NCBI RefSeq assembly: GCF_056746865.1
Contig: NZ_CM163382.1
Direction: 5' to 3' (one strand)
DNA: 64,000 bases
Shown: piece by piece, positions 1 to 11,174 of the stretch
Position numbering within the stretch: the first letter of the stretch is position 1
Layout of the letters: every line of letters starts with the position of its first letter
Made by a program: the position numbers and the translations under genes
The notes under the pieces: model-generated
Databases searched by the model: none
What the model saw: the letters and a program-made list of their open reading frames with translations, nothing else
What the model was told of the DNA's origin: nothing

Positions 1-398
1 GATGAATACGCGTTTACACCGTCCTCTTCAACAGTAATAAATTGCGGACGTAAATATCCTTCTTCAAATGCCAGAAAGCGGATCCCTTTAGACTTCGCCC
101 AACGTTTTGCTTCTTTGTGCAATGGACGGCAGTCACCAAAACAGAGAATGGTATCAAAGTCAAATTGCCGGTGGATATCTCGTAACCAACCAGGAAATTC
201 TTTCGGCGTTTGGTAATAAGCCAGATAGTGTCGATGACGGCAGTAAAAACGATCTCCTCCATTGAATACAACATTCACAGCGTTACGACCTAATGACTCT
301 AACCACTCGGCAACATCATTGAAGAAAGGTCCCATCGGTCCCTGCAATAGCAGATATTTTTTACCAGATAATAAAATGCTCAGAGCATTATTTTTCAT
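1..398 (-). CDS. kpsS: KpsS-like capsule polysaccharide export / beta-Kdo transferase, N-terminal ~132 codons only (ORF runs off the window start)
   Basis: Manual minus-strand translation from the ATG at 396-398 gives MKNNALSILLSGKKYLLLQGPMGPFF... and, at the window edge, ...GYLRPQFITVEEDGVNAYS with no stop before position 1. This matches the KpsS N-terminus as I recall it. The 86-aa track ORF at 14..274 is in a different frame. Confidence 0.75.
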   Translation of the reverse strand, partial: MKNNALSILLSGKKYLLLQGPMGPFFNDVAEWLESLGRNAVNVVFNGGDRFYCRHRHYLAYYQTPKEFPGWLRDIHRQFDFDTILCFGDCRPLHKEAKRWAKSKGIRFLAFEEGYLRPQFITVEEDGVNAYS

Positions 399-1560
399 AA
401 TAATCAAGTAATAGTTGACAATAAAATTTATCAGTTCAGTAAAATTATAAGAATATAATTAATTTCCGTTAACAGCGTATAACTCGTTTCTTTTTTCTGA
501 TAAAAAATCGAATTTGATTGATGTTTGAAGTAAATATTTCAAAGATTATCCAACCGCAATAGGCTCCAGCCGTATTGGGAGCATAAAATATTGGATAAGC
601 ACAGATCGCATCTGCGAATCTTAATCTACGCCCGTGACGTGGGGAAAATGGTATACACCAACATTATATCTGTATTAAATTCTAGATTTTCAAGTGTCTG
701 TCATTTCCTTTAAAAAAGAAAGCGTCGCCATAAACACTCTCTAAACAAAAAACCTATAAGAATAGAATTTATTATAGAACCAAGACGGTTTAGAAACACA
801 TCTATTACCAAACACTGAACATAACTCTAAACAACATTGAATAAAAATTAATGACTTTTAATATATTTCATATAGTGTATCCTCTGGAGAGCAATATATT
901 AATCGCTACAGAACGGTTATTAAAAAATATAGAACCAGTGATTGAATCAAAATGACCGATAAACAGTTCAGCAAAGTATAGCAACAGTGACATTTGTTAT
1001 AACAATGATTTTTACTACACGCAAAATATTAACATCACTAAAGTAATGAAAAAACATATTTATCTAAGCACAAAAATACAATATATAGCACATTATAAAA
1101 TAGAATTAAAACAAACCGTAACAACCATGATGCTATATTAATAGTTAAAATATTTTTAGTAAAAGATAAATTACCCCCATTAAAAATTCAAAACTGATGT
1201 TAGTTAACTCATAAGATCCTGCTAATTGATATAACTACGCCCCATGGGATAATGTTTTAATAACAGAACATTATCAGAAAACTGATCCCTCCAAATTTAA
1301 TTATTTTCTTGCTTATTTTATCAATAAAATAGAGTTCTGAAAAGTTATCTTATCTGAAAATATATTAGTGCCATATAGTAACAAAAAATATCAACCTTGC
1401 ATAATGATTTTAACTGTTCAAATAGTGCTCTACCCACATATCACGGGTGACATTTAATATATTTCCTTTGATACTCTACCAATAATAATTTATTGCTGAT
1501 TGTTTAATCACATAATCCCAAACTGCCCTGCAATAATATATTAACTCACAAAAAAAATCA

Positions 1561-3708
1561 TCAGGGTAAAAGTGAACGAAAAAGTCTCAAAGTTTGAGCA
1601 AAAGAAACTAACTTAATTCGCCAACGCTGCCACCACTTAACACCTGCCGTCGTAGCTTTTTTTTGAGTAGATAATAGATGAATTAATTGTTCAGGGCTGC
1701 ACCAAAGCCCTGACTTCCAATCTATATAACGCGGATATTTTACTAATGTAATATATGCTAATGCACTCAACGTTAATGTACGATGGCGTCTTTCTGATGG
1801 ATGCTTATCTTGTGTTAATCCCCAACCACTATAAAACGGCTGTCCCCATGTCGTAACCTTCACTCCTTGAACTAGTGCCTCAAATCCACTAAGCGAAGTC
1901 ATGGTATGTAACTCATTTATGTGTGGATATAGCGATTCCAGTCTAATATCAGATACTTGGCTATCAACACAGTGTGCTAAACAACGCGCCGAAATAGTAC
2001 CTTTTCGATTGCCAGATACCACATCCGGATGAGGTTTGAACAGAATATGTGCATTCGGTTTAGCTTCACGCACAGCCCACAACAACTGTTCATTGCTGCG
2101 GATAATCGGGCTACCACACAAAATGGATGCATCACCATCAACCTGACCAACCACTAGAATCAACTCACGTCCGTCGTTAGGGGGCTCATATTCTTGTGTA
2201 CTCCCCACATTGTATTTACTGACTCGTGATGATTGTAATTGCGCTAATAATGACTCTGCGCGTGCTTCTTCTTTCGCATCTAAAACGTACGTAGTGAGTA
2301 ACTGCTCAAGCTTACTCGGACGGCGGCTATCAAAATAGATTCCAACGGGGTCAATCGAGAGTGATGAAGGTCGACATAAATTAGACCCCAATCCGTTGGA
2401 GCGGATAAAACCATCTTCAATCCGGATCACTGATTGCAGTTCAGGATAACGGTTTCCCCACACCAACACCTGTTCATCATCTTTTAACTGTGAGGGCACA
2501 GTACGAACAAAACAAAGTTCATCTGCCAAATACGCACAAAATGTGCGTATAAAAGCACGCTTCCACAGAGAAAAACCAACGAGATAAAGACGACGCCAAG
2601 GTTTGGGCTCTACCTGCTGCTGAGCCAAAATCGCTACAACATCTTCTACCTCACAACGTTTTCCCAATATAGGATCTAAATAACGCGGATAACGGATCAA
2701 CGCCGCCGCAACTAAGCGGGGCAATGAAATAGATGAAACGCCTTCGGCTGACATTGCTTCTTCACGGCGTATACAACGTTTACTGTCATGCGTTAACCCC
2801 CACCCAGCATAAAATGGCATACCGAAGCAATATACAGGTTTGCCCAACAGCAACGCTTCAAAGCCAACCTGCGATGAAACTGTGTACACCGCATCCACCA
2901 TACGAATTATTCTATGCGGATGGCAAGGTTCACTCACCACCTCAACATCAGCCAGTCGAGGATCACGCCCCACTAAACGTGCTAACACGCCGCTTTTTTT
3001 GCTAAAGCGTGTATCTGGGTGTGTTCGCAACAATAGACGCGCATTAGGGTGATTACGGCGAGCCTCGACCACCATAGAAACAAAATCAGCTTCGCAAGCA
3101 AGAGCCCCAGAAATTGACAAGTCTCCCGCTACTTGATCCACAAGCAAAATACGCGGTCTTGGATCATCCAGTAAACGTGCTAAGTTTGAATGAGCCGTGA
3201 GGGTGAATAACTCAGGTTGTATATGTGTCGGTAAATCTAAAGAAGGCCCGTCAGTAGCACGGACAGAGCCATTAAATGTATGCTCAGTGCTATTGGTATA
3301 GCAGTTATACTTGGTGATTCCTAAACGCAAAATATCAGAGATCAGATGCTCAGCGCGCGCAAGTAAAGCCGTATCAACAGGTTCAATAATAAGCTGTTCT
3401 AATTGACTCGTCTGATGTGCATCATAATATATCCCCAGAGGGTCAGCAATAAGAGAAACCGCCTTTCCTCCTTTTGCTGGGTGCCCGATATAGCCAATAA
3501 AACCATCTTCAAGTTGCCAATAAGATATTCCTAACTCTTGAGCTTTCTGTTTAATCTGCTTAGTATTAGATTTTTTTCCCCAGCCAACTAAAACGTCATT
3601 TTTAGAAAAAGCCTCGTCTCCTTTCATATAAAGCAATGGGTGACCAAGCATAGGCTCAATATTATTTTTTCTGGCAAGAATCCCTTTCGATCCCGTATAT
3701 AAATACAT
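1561..3708 (-). CDS. kpsC: KpsC-like capsule biosynthesis protein (tandem beta-Kdo transferase domains)
   Basis: 715-aa ORF with an internally duplicated module (LEDGFIGYIG...DPLGIYYDAHQTSQLEQLI and IEDGFIRSNGLG...DPVGIYFDSRRPSKLEQLL), typical of KpsC. It lies next to kpsS. The true start codon is uncertain. Confidence 0.8.
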   Translation of the reverse strand: MYLYTGSKGILARKNNIEPMLGHPLLYMKGDEAFSKNDVLVGWGKKSNTKQIKQKAQELGISYWQLEDGFIGYIGHPAKGGKAVSLIADPLGIYYDAHQTSQLEQLIIEPVDTALLARAEHLISDILRLGITKYNCYTNSTEHTFNGSVRATDGPSLDLPTHIQPELFTLTAHSNLARLLDDPRPRILLVDQVAGDLSISGALACEADFVSMVVEARRNHPNARLLLRTHPDTRFSKKSGVLARLVGRDPRLADVEVVSEPCHPHRIIRMVDAVYTVSSQVGFEALLLGKPVYCFGMPFYAGWGLTHDSKRCIRREEAMSAEGVSSISLPRLVAAALIRYPRYLDPILGKRCEVEDVVAILAQQQVEPKPWRRLYLVGFSLWKRAFIRTFCAYLADELCFVRTVPSQLKDDEQVLVWGNRYPELQSVIRIEDGFIRSNGLGSNLCRPSSLSIDPVGIYFDSRRPSKLEQLLTTYVLDAKEEARAESLLAQLQSSRVSKYNVGSTQEYEPPNDGRELILVVGQVDGDASILCGSPIIRSNEQLLWAVREAKPNAHILFKPHPDVVSGNRKGTISARCLAHCVDSQVSDIRLESLYPHINELHTMTSLSGFEALVQGVKVTTWGQPFYSGWGLTQDKHPSERRHRTLTLSALAYITLVKYPRYIDWKSGLWCSPEQLIHLLSTQKKATTAGVKWWQRWRIKLVSFAQTLRLFRSLLP

Positions 3709-3757
3709 GTTGTCTCTGTGAACTGAAGATTCTCTACAATGGTGTATAAAGTGTGAT

Positions 3758-4309
3758 TTAGATGAACAGCTCTGCGCTCTCTAATGACTTTGCAATACTA
3801 TCTTTTGCTGAAGTGAGAATGTCCGCCTTTAACTCGGGCCACCTAATACCAATTGTAGGATCATTCCATGCAATGCCTCTATCACTGGCAGGGGCATAAT
3901 AATTAGTTGTTTTATACAAAAATTCGGCCGATTCAGTCAGTGTTACAAAACCATGGGCAAATCCTTCCGGAATCCATAACTGTCGTTTGTTTTCCCCTGA
4001 AAGATGAACGCCAACCCATTGTCCGAAGCTCGGTGAGCTTTTGCGAATATCTACCGCAACATCAAACACTTCACCGGCTACACAACGCACTAACTTGCCC
4101 TGGGCATGGGGAGGTAACTGATAGTGCAAGCCACGCAGTACCCCTTTAGAAGATTTTGAGTGATTATCCTGCACAAAGGTAACTGGATATCCTACAGCCT
4201 CTTCAAACAACTTGTGATTAAAACTCTCAAAGAAAAAACCACGCTCATCTCCAAATACTTTTGGCTCAAAAATAAGCACACCAGGAATTGCTGTCTTGAT
4301 TACATTCAT
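3758..4309 (-). CDS. rmlC: dTDP-4-dehydrorhamnose 3,5-epimerase
   Basis: 183 aa, N-terminus MNVIKTAIPGVLIFEPKVFGDERGFF is characteristic of RmlC/RfbC. Last gene of an rmlB-D-A-C run. Confidence 0.9.
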   Translation of the reverse strand: MNVIKTAIPGVLIFEPKVFGDERGFFFESFNHKLFEEAVGYPVTFVQDNHSKSSKGVLRGLHYQLPPHAQGKLVRCVAGEVFDVAVDIRKSSPSFGQWVGVHLSGENKRQLWIPEGFAHGFVTLTESAEFLYKTTNYYAPASDRGIAWNDPTIGIRWPELKADILTSAKDSIAKSLESAELFI

Positions 4310-4374
4310 CTATATGCCCACATTTAATTAAATATTTTTAGGGGAAGCATATTCCCTCCCCCTTCTCAATTACA

Positions 4375-5253
4375 TCACGCCTTATCAATCATTTTTAATA
4401 AATATTGCCCATAGGCGTTTTTTGCCAACGGAGCAGCAAGCTCACGAACCTGGTCGGCACTAATAAACTTCTGGCGATAAGCAATCTCTTCCGGACAAGC
4501 CACTTTCAATCCCTGACGCGTCTCGATGGTCTGAATAAAGTTACTCGCTTCAATTAGGCTTTCGTGGGTACCGGTATCAAGCCAGGCATAACCACGCCCC
4601 ATCATTGCCACCGATAGATTGCCTTGCTCCAGGTAAATACGGTTCACATCGGTGATTTCCAACTCACCACGCGGCGATGGCTTGAGACCCTTGGCAACGT
4701 CCACAACGCTGTTGTCGTAGAAATAGAGGCCGGTGACTGCGTAGCTACTCTTAGGCTCCAGTGGTTTTTCTTCCAGTGAAATAGCGGTACCTTGATTATC
4801 AAATTCGACCACTCCATAACGTTCCGGGTCGTGCACATGATAGGCAAATACAGTAGCACCGGTCTCTTTGGCCGCGGCTGCCTCCAACTGTTTCTGTAGG
4901 TCATGACCGTAGAAGATGTTATCCCCCAGCACCAGTGCACACGGGGCTGAACCAATGAATTCTTCACCCAGAATAAAAGCTTGTGCCAACCCGTCTGGGC
5001 TTGGCTGAACCTCATATTGTAAATTCAGTCCCCAGTGGCTGCCATCACCCAGCAATCGCTGAAAGCGAGGAGTATCTTGTGGAGTGCTAATGATCAAAAT
5101 ATCGCGAATTCCAGCCAGCATCAGGGTGCTCAGCGGGTAGTAGATCATCGGCTTGTCATAGATGGGCAACAACTGCTTGCTCACCGCCATAGTAACCGGA
5201 TAGAGACGTGTACCAGATCCACCGGCCAGAATAATACCTTTACGTTTAGTCAT
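4375..5253 (-). CDS. rmlA: glucose-1-phosphate thymidylyltransferase
   Basis: 292 aa, [21 protein letters not shown]...[16 protein letters not shown] nucleotidyltransferase signature. Confidence 0.92.
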   Translation of the reverse strand: MTKRKGIILAGGSGTRLYPVTMAVSKQLLPIYDKPMIYYPLSTLMLAGIRDILIISTPQDTPRFQRLLGDGSHWGLNLQYEVQPSPDGLAQAFILGEEFIGSAPCALVLGDNIFYGHDLQKQLEAAAAKETGATVFAYHVHDPERYGVVEFDNQGTAISLEEKPLEPKSSYAVTGLYFYDNSVVDVAKGLKPSPRGELEITDVNRIYLEQGNLSVAMMGRGYAWLDTGTHESLIEASNFIQTIETRQGLKVACPEEIAYRQKFISADQVRELAAPLAKNAYGQYLLKMIDKA

Positions 5254-5333
5254 GATGCTTGTTTCTTATTTTTAAATTACATAAGAATAAAGTGGCTTGA
5301 GCCGCGCCTTTCTGTTTTATCCTCACCTGTGGT

Positions 5334-6221
5334 TTACTTCCCCATGATCTCAGTCAACATCCGCTCAACACCGACTGACCAGTCCGGCAAAACCAGATCA
5401 AATGTACGCTGGAATTTTTTAGTATCAAGTCGGGAATTATGAGGGCGTTTCGCCGGGGTCGGAAAGGCGCCTGTCGGCACTGCATTAAGCTGTGTGACTG
5501 CCAGTTCAACTCCTGCGTCTCTGGCTTTGTCAAACACCAACCGGGCGTAGTCAAACCAAGTGGTAGTACCGGAGGCAGCCAAATGGTACAGCCCGGCAAC
5601 GTCGGGTTTGCTCTGTGCAACTCGGATTGCATGGGCGGTACAATCGGCCAGCAACTCAGCTCCAGTTGGAGCGCCAAACTGATCATTAATGACCGATATC
5701 TCGCGACGCTCTTTGCCAAGACGCAGCATAGTTTTGGCGAAGTTGGCACCGCGCGCAGCATAAACCCAACTGGTACGAAAGATAAGGTGACGTGAGCAGA
5801 GTGCCGCACCGTGTTCCCCTGCCAGCTTGGTTTCGCCATAGACGTTGAGCGGGGAAATCACATCGGTTTCCACCCAAGGACGTTCACCACTTCCATCGAA
5901 AACATAGTCGGTGGAATAATGTACTAGCCACGCACCTAATGCTTCAGCTTCTTTGGCAATAACCGCCACACTAGTTGCATTGAGTAACTCGGCAAATTCC
6001 CGCTCACTCTCCGCTTTGTCGACTGCAGTATGGGCCGCTGCGTTAACAATCACATCCGGCTTGACGAGACGTACCGTTTCAGCCACCCCTGCAGAATTGC
6101 TAAAATCACCGCAATAGTCGGTGGAGTCAAAATCAACGGCAGTGATGTGCCCCAGAGGCGCCAATGCACGCTGCAGCTCCCATCCTACCTGACCATTTTT
6201 GCCAAACAACAGAATATGCAT
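5334..6221 (-). CDS. rmlD: dTDP-4-dehydrorhamnose reductase
   Basis: 295 aa, [24 protein letters not shown] RmlD-type N-terminus. Start overlaps the rmlB stop by 1 nt. Confidence 0.9.
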   Translation of the reverse strand: MHILLFGKNGQVGWELQRALAPLGHITAVDFDSTDYCGDFSNSAGVAETVRLVKPDVIVNAAAHTAVDKAESEREFAELLNATSVAVIAKEAEALGAWLVHYSTDYVFDGSGERPWVETDVISPLNVYGETKLAGEHGAALCSRHLIFRTSWVYAARGANFAKTMLRLGKERREISVINDQFGAPTGAELLADCTAHAIRVAQSKPDVAGLYHLAASGTTTWFDYARLVFDKARDAGVELAVTQLNAVPTGAFPTPAKRPHNSRLDTKKFQRTFDLVLPDWSVGVERMLTEIMGK

Positions 6222-7306
6222 CAGGTACGCTCCCTATAGTTTTGTTCAATCCAGGATTGGTAGGCACCACTCTTGACGTTGTTAATCCATTGTTGATTAT
6301 CCAGATACCACTGCACGGTCTTGCGAATACCAGACTCAAAAGTCTCCTCTGGCTGCCAATCCAACGCAGCGCTCATCTTGCAAGCATCAATCGCATATCG
6401 GCGATCGTGTCCGGGGCGATCCGCCACATAAGTAATTTGATCGCGATAAGAGCCAGCTTTCGGTACCATCTCGTCAAGCAGATCACAAATAGTATGTACT
6501 ACATCCAGGTTCTGCTTCTCGTTGTGACCGCCTATGTTATAAGTCTCCCCGACCAAGCCAGTGGTCACTACCTTGTAGAGTGCTCGTGCATGATCTTCCA
6601 CATACAACCAGTCACGAATTTGGTCACCTTTACCATAAACCGGCAGCGGCTTGCCATCCAGCGCATTGAGGATCACTAGCGGGATCAGCTTCTCGGGAAA
6701 GTGGTAAGGGCCATAGTTGTTGGAGCAGTTAGTGACAATGGTTGGCAGGCCGTACGTACGGTACCAAGCACGCACCAGATGATCGCTGGAAGCCTTGGAG
6801 GCAGAATAGGGACTGCTAGGAGCGTAGGAGGTAGTTTCGGTAAAGAGCGGCAATGCCTCACCGGAGGCTACTTCATCCGGATGGGGCAGATCGCCATATA
6901 CTTCATCGGTAGAAATATGGTGGAAGCGAAAGGCCGCCTTGCTCAACTCGCCCAGACTGCTCCAATAGGCGCGAGCCGCTTCCAGCAATGTATAGGTGCC
7001 TACGATATTGGTTTCGATAAAGTCGGCTGGCCCTGTGATAGAACGATCAACATGGCTTTCAGCAGCCAGATGCATCACGGCATCTGGCTGGTGCAGAGCA
7101 AACACCCGATCCAACTCAGCACGATTACAGATATCAACTTGTTCAAACGAATAACGCTCACTTGACGATACACTGGCCAAAGATTCCAAATTGCCAGCAT
7201 AGGTGAGTTTATCCAGATTGATAACGGAGTCTCCAGTATCACTAATGATATGACGCACCACGGCAGAGCCGATAAAACCAGCACCGCCAGTAACGAGAAT
7301 CTTCAT
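6221..7306 (-). CDS. rmlB: dTDP-glucose 4,6-dehydratase
   Basis: 361 aa, [21 protein letters not shown]ossmann motif plus extended-SDR body. First gene of the rml run. Confidence 0.92.
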   Translation of the reverse strand: MKILVTGGAGFIGSAVVRHIISDTGDSVINLDKLTYAGNLESLASVSSSERYSFEQVDICNRAELDRVFALHQPDAVMHLAAESHVDRSITGPADFIETNIVGTYTLLEAARAYWSSLGELSKAAFRFHHISTDEVYGDLPHPDEVASGEALPLFTETTSYAPSSPYSASKASSDHLVRAWYRTYGLPTIVTNCSNNYGPYHFPEKLIPLVILNALDGKPLPVYGKGDQIRDWLYVEDHARALYKVVTTGLVGETYNIGGHNEKQNLDVVHTICDLLDEMVPKAGSYRDQITYVADRPGHDRRYAIDACKMSAALDWQPEETFESGIRKTVQWYLDNQQWINNVKSGAYQSWIEQNYRERT

Positions 7307-8030
7307 ATATTTCGCTCTCTTATTTTACAATTAATAGCTATTAAAAATAAACTTGTTGACTCCGATATATTAGAAATATCGGGATACCGAACTAAATATT
7401 TTTATATGCTTTTGCCAAGCAGACTCTATATCCACCCTGTATCACTATGCTTTCTGGCATACAATATCCCATCATTGACACAATGATAAACATATAAATA
7501 AAGAAAATTTTAAATCATATAACCAAATTACTTTCACTTTATTATCAATAAGTATTTTGATAAGAATACCTATACCACAGGGAGCCCCCTGAAACATAAT
7601 ATTAGCGAAGAATGATAACTGATAGTTACCATCTTAGAGATAAAAACTTATTTGTGTGGCGGGCATGACATGCCAGAGAATAAAATAGACTCAAAAAAAA
7701 TCACTAAGGGAGTTATTTGCAGCAAGAGAATTTCTTAGTCACTTGATTCAAAACAATCAAATTAAAAAGCGTTTTGATTATTAGCCTTATTTTATATATT
7801 GTGTCGTTACAGATAAAGTAAAAAACACATAATGGCATTTTCGGTTGACATATGTATTAACATATATTGCTTTATCATATAACCATATTTCAATTCAACT
7901 TACACTCTCAAGTTAATTGAAGCAGGCAATGCCTAATATATTTTTGCATCATAACCTATGATTAATATTAAAACACCAATCAGTTCGATTTTTAAACATT
8001 CAATAGCACCAATTAAATAAAAATATCTTT

Positions 8031-9062
8031 TTACTCGACACCTACAATTTTACAAGCATATTTTTTAGCATTGAACGCCAACTCGCTACGTTTATGATCT
8101 GCACTAACAAGTAATGAAAGAGCTTTTATCCATATATGTGGGTCATTCTCCAGCAAGATTCCATTTACATTTTGTTCAATGAAGTCACTATATGGTACAC
8201 AATTACTATATAAACCTACAGCCCCCATTCTGACAAAATCATAAAATTTTACGGGGCCGCGAGCCGAATTAAAGTCAGAGTCAAGTAATGGTGCTAACCC
8301 GATATCCAGATGATGAGTCTTGGTATACGCAAGATAATTTTGCCAACTCATCGGATGCAGTACTGAAACTCTTGGTAGGTCACGATAATATTTATAAATA
8401 TCATGCTCGCCAAAAATTTCAAAGCTGGCACGGGGACATTCTCCCAATACCCCCTCTACGATTTGTCTCAACCAATATTTTTCTTCCCGATGAGAACTTG
8501 AGCCATGATAAGCGATTTTTACTGATCGATGTGTTTCAATGAGTGCCAGTGACGGTTTAGCAGAAACAATCTCCGGGTTAAGATGTGCATATTTATTAGC
8601 CAAATAGGCAGTTGAAACCCAAATGTTATCACAATATTGCGTAATCCATCGATGCTGAGCCGCCGACCTCCTTATTATCTTGGTACGATACTCTTTTGGT
8701 AACGTAGATAGTGCAGTCGGGTCAAACAGGTCGTCATCCATAAAATAAACAATTCGAGAAAACCTGTCGTTATATCTTTCTATGTGCTGTTGCCATTTTG
8801 GGGAGATGAATCTAATGACGACAAGGGCAGATCCTCTAGGAATAAATATATCAGTGGATGCTAATGTGTCGATAAAATGACATTCTGCATCAGGAAACCG
8901 ACTTATAATAGCCGATTCAAAATAGGCTAATGTAGGTGATTTTCCCTCATGTAATATAAACAATCGTTCAAAGTTAATCTCAGAGCTTTGCTGACTTCTA
9001 TAACTCTGTTTATTTAATTTACGATAAGGCTTAAATAGTTTCCTGCGAATTAATTCATCCAT
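8031..9062 (-). CDS. hypothetical capsule region-2 protein, possible glycosyltransferase
   Basis: 343-aa ORF inside the serotype region, overlapping the upstream gene by 13 nt. No motif I can name with confidence. Confidence 0.4.
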   Translation of the reverse strand: MDELIRRKLFKPYRKLNKQSYRSQQSSEINFERLFILHEGKSPTLAYFESAIISRFPDAECHFIDTLASTDIFIPRGSALVVIRFISPKWQQHIERYNDRFSRIVYFMDDDLFDPTALSTLPKEYRTKIIRRSAAQHRWITQYCDNIWVSTAYLANKYAHLNPEIVSAKPSLALIETHRSVKIAYHGSSSHREEKYWLRQIVEGVLGECPRASFEIFGEHDIYKYYRDLPRVSVLHPMSWQNYLAYTKTHHLDIGLAPLLDSDFNSARGPVKFYDFVRMGAVGLYSNCVPYSDFIEQNVNGILLENDPHIWIKALSLLVSADHKRSELAFNAKKYACKIVGVE

Positions 9063-11071
9063 GGCAATACTATATTAGGAGCTCTACTTAAAGAGAAATC
9101 AGGACGTTCATAACTCAAATTTTGGTTGTAGGCTGGATCGTGTTTAAGTGCACATGCCCATCGTTTTTTCATATAGCGCAACTCAGATTTCGCTCGTATC
9201 TGCTGTTGTTTTGATACATCTTTACCACGGGAAATAGACTCATGATGATACAATTCAGCGAAGGGAGTCCAGATTACTCTCCAGCCAGCATCTCGAACTC
9301 TGAGACAATAATCTACGTCATTAAAAGCTATCGGCAAATTCGTTTCATCAAGTCCTCCGAGCGCCAGATATAACTCTTTATGAGTCAATAAACAAGCTGC
9401 AGTCACAGCTGACAGCTCTTGGGCACTAACAGCCCTACGCTGATATCCAGGATCGTTAGCTGACAAACCATTATGAAAATGATCTGCACAACCGCCAGGG
9501 CCGACAGCATCGCCTGCATGCTGAATCAAGCCATTTCCGTAATACAGCTTTGCTCCTACCACACCCACGCCGGGGCGTAATAAATGAGAAACCATTTCAT
9601 CCAGCCAGTCAATACTGATTACCTGAGTATCATTATTCAGCAAACATATCATATCTCCATGTGCGTTTCTCACTGCCAGATTGTTGATGGCTGAATAGTT
9701 AAACGGTTGATCATAAGAAATCACCCTAACGCCATAAACCTGTTCGATATGAGCAAGATAAGCAAGCGTCTCCTCCTCATCGCTCTGATTATCCATCACT
9801 ATGACTTCCATATTGGCATATTGCGTCTTTTGTATCAGGCTTTCGATACAAGGGCGTAAATGAGCAATACCATTTCTAGTAGGGATAATCACTGAAACCA
9901 ATGGCAATTGCGCTGGCAACGGCCAGCGCCAACGACATACACCATGAGGTGCTGCCTCAATGCTCACTCCTGATGGCAGTAAATCTTCTTTATCTTTCAG
10001 CGACTCAAAATCATCCGAAATCAACGCTCTTGCAGGCAAATGCATCATCAATGATGGAATATGGACTATCTGTTTCGGTTCACACATCTTTGCCAACTGT
10101 AGCCACCACTGATGACATGCCGCCGAATCAAAGGGAACACGGCCAGCACCATGTTCACGCCACAAACCACACCAACTAATATAGTTTTGGCTCTGTAGCA
10201 GCGTTTCATTCCAATCAGGTTTAAAGTTGGGAGAGTGACGTTCGCCTCTCTCGTCAAGCAGATCGTGATCACCGTATATCCATAAACAATCAGGATTCTG
10301 GCGTAACTGGTGGGCAACCCAAAATAAGGCGCCGGGCGAAACCACTGCCCCTACAGGCAACACCCACTGCCATTCGCCGCCTGACTGACTGGAGATTTCT
10401 GGATATGCACTATGCTCCTGCAGACTTATATTGCTTGCCGGATAACAGAGTGCCTGAATACTCTCCAGGGTCTTGTTGCGGCTCTGTTCATCCCCAACGC
10501 CAACAAGATGCAAACAGAAACGTGGTAATGTGCCCCAGCGAGCCAGCTGGCGCTTAATCAGCTTGTATTCGGCGGGTTCAAGGGTGTCGAAGTCTGCTAG
10601 CCACTCATCATAGCTATTGAGTGGCTTATCATCGCGAACTCTGCTGACAAGTTGGTAAGCCTGCTGCAAGTCCGTGAGCCACAAATGCCATGAAAGGCCT
10701 AACCTTTTGCGTCTGGACTTCGTTAAGCGTCGGTAAAAAGGCAAAACCCGGCGCAATCGACGCCAGAGACTCTCGGCGCGTGATACACAACAAAGCTGAG
10801 CAATCTCAACATTACACTCAGCGCCCTTAGTACTTGCCAGCAAAGACAAATGACTAGCTCCCGTGGGTAGATAAACCAGCTCCAGCAACGTGCCTCGACG
10901 AGTGACCGGCAACATCTGTTCATGCCATATTCCTTGTCCGCATTGCCAGCGCAGAAGAGTTTCACCTCGAGTTTGAGTCGTCGACACGCGCCCCCGAATC
11001 AGAAGCCAACCAGCATGAAGAGAAAACGAGTCTGGCAATGTCAGAGGCTGCCAATCGCGATAGCTACACAT
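9050..11071 (-). CDS. two-domain GT2-family glycosyltransferase; N-terminal GT domain looks degenerate
   Basis: 673 aa. C-terminal half has VSVIIPTRNG...VMDNQSDEEE...NYSAINN...LLNNDTQV GT2 motifs. Paralogous along its length to the 805-aa protein at 16457..18874 (for example YGDHDLLDERGERHSPNFKPDWN vs YSDEDKINARGERFDPHFKSDWN). Confidence 0.65.
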   Translation of the reverse strand: MCSYRDWQPLTLPDSFSLHAGWLLIRGRVSTTQTRGETLLRWQCGQGIWHEQMLPVTRRGTLLELVYLPTGASHLSLLASTKGAECNVEIAQLCCVSRAESLWRRLRRVLPFYRRLTKSRRKRLGLSWHLWLTDLQQAYQLVSRVRDDKPLNSYDEWLADFDTLEPAEYKLIKRQLARWGTLPRFCLHLVGVGDEQSRNKTLESIQALCYPASNISLQEHSAYPEISSQSGGEWQWVLPVGAVVSPGALFWVAHQLRQNPDCLWIYGDHDLLDERGERHSPNFKPDWNETLLQSQNYISWCGLWREHGAGRVPFDSAACHQWWLQLAKMCEPKQIVHIPSLMMHLPARALISDDFESLKDKEDLLPSGVSIEAAPHGVCRWRWPLPAQLPLVSVIIPTRNGIAHLRPCIESLIQKTQYANMEVIVMDNQSDEEETLAYLAHIEQVYGVRVISYDQPFNYSAINNLAVRNAHGDMICLLNNDTQVISIDWLDEMVSHLLRPGVGVVGAKLYYGNGLIQHAGDAVGPGGCADHFHNGLSANDPGYQRRAVSAQELSAVTAACLLTHKELYLALGGLDETNLPIAFNDVDYCLRVRDAGWRVIWTPFAELYHHESISRGKDVSKQQQIRAKSELRYMKKRWACALKHDPAYNQNLSYERPDFSLSRAPNIVLPWMN

Positions 11072-11174
11072 AATATAACTTACAGTCCAAAGTAACAGAT
11101 GGGGGATACAGATCCTTATTAGCAGGCCTGTAGATAAGAGCAGAAATAAACACCAAAGCGCTTGCTCAATATAT

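Noticed and set aside
14-274. 86-aa track ORF on the minus strand at the window start
   Set aside because: It lies in a different frame from the open KpsS reading frame that runs from the ATG at 396-398 to the window edge; the KpsS frame gives a recognisable protein and this one does not.
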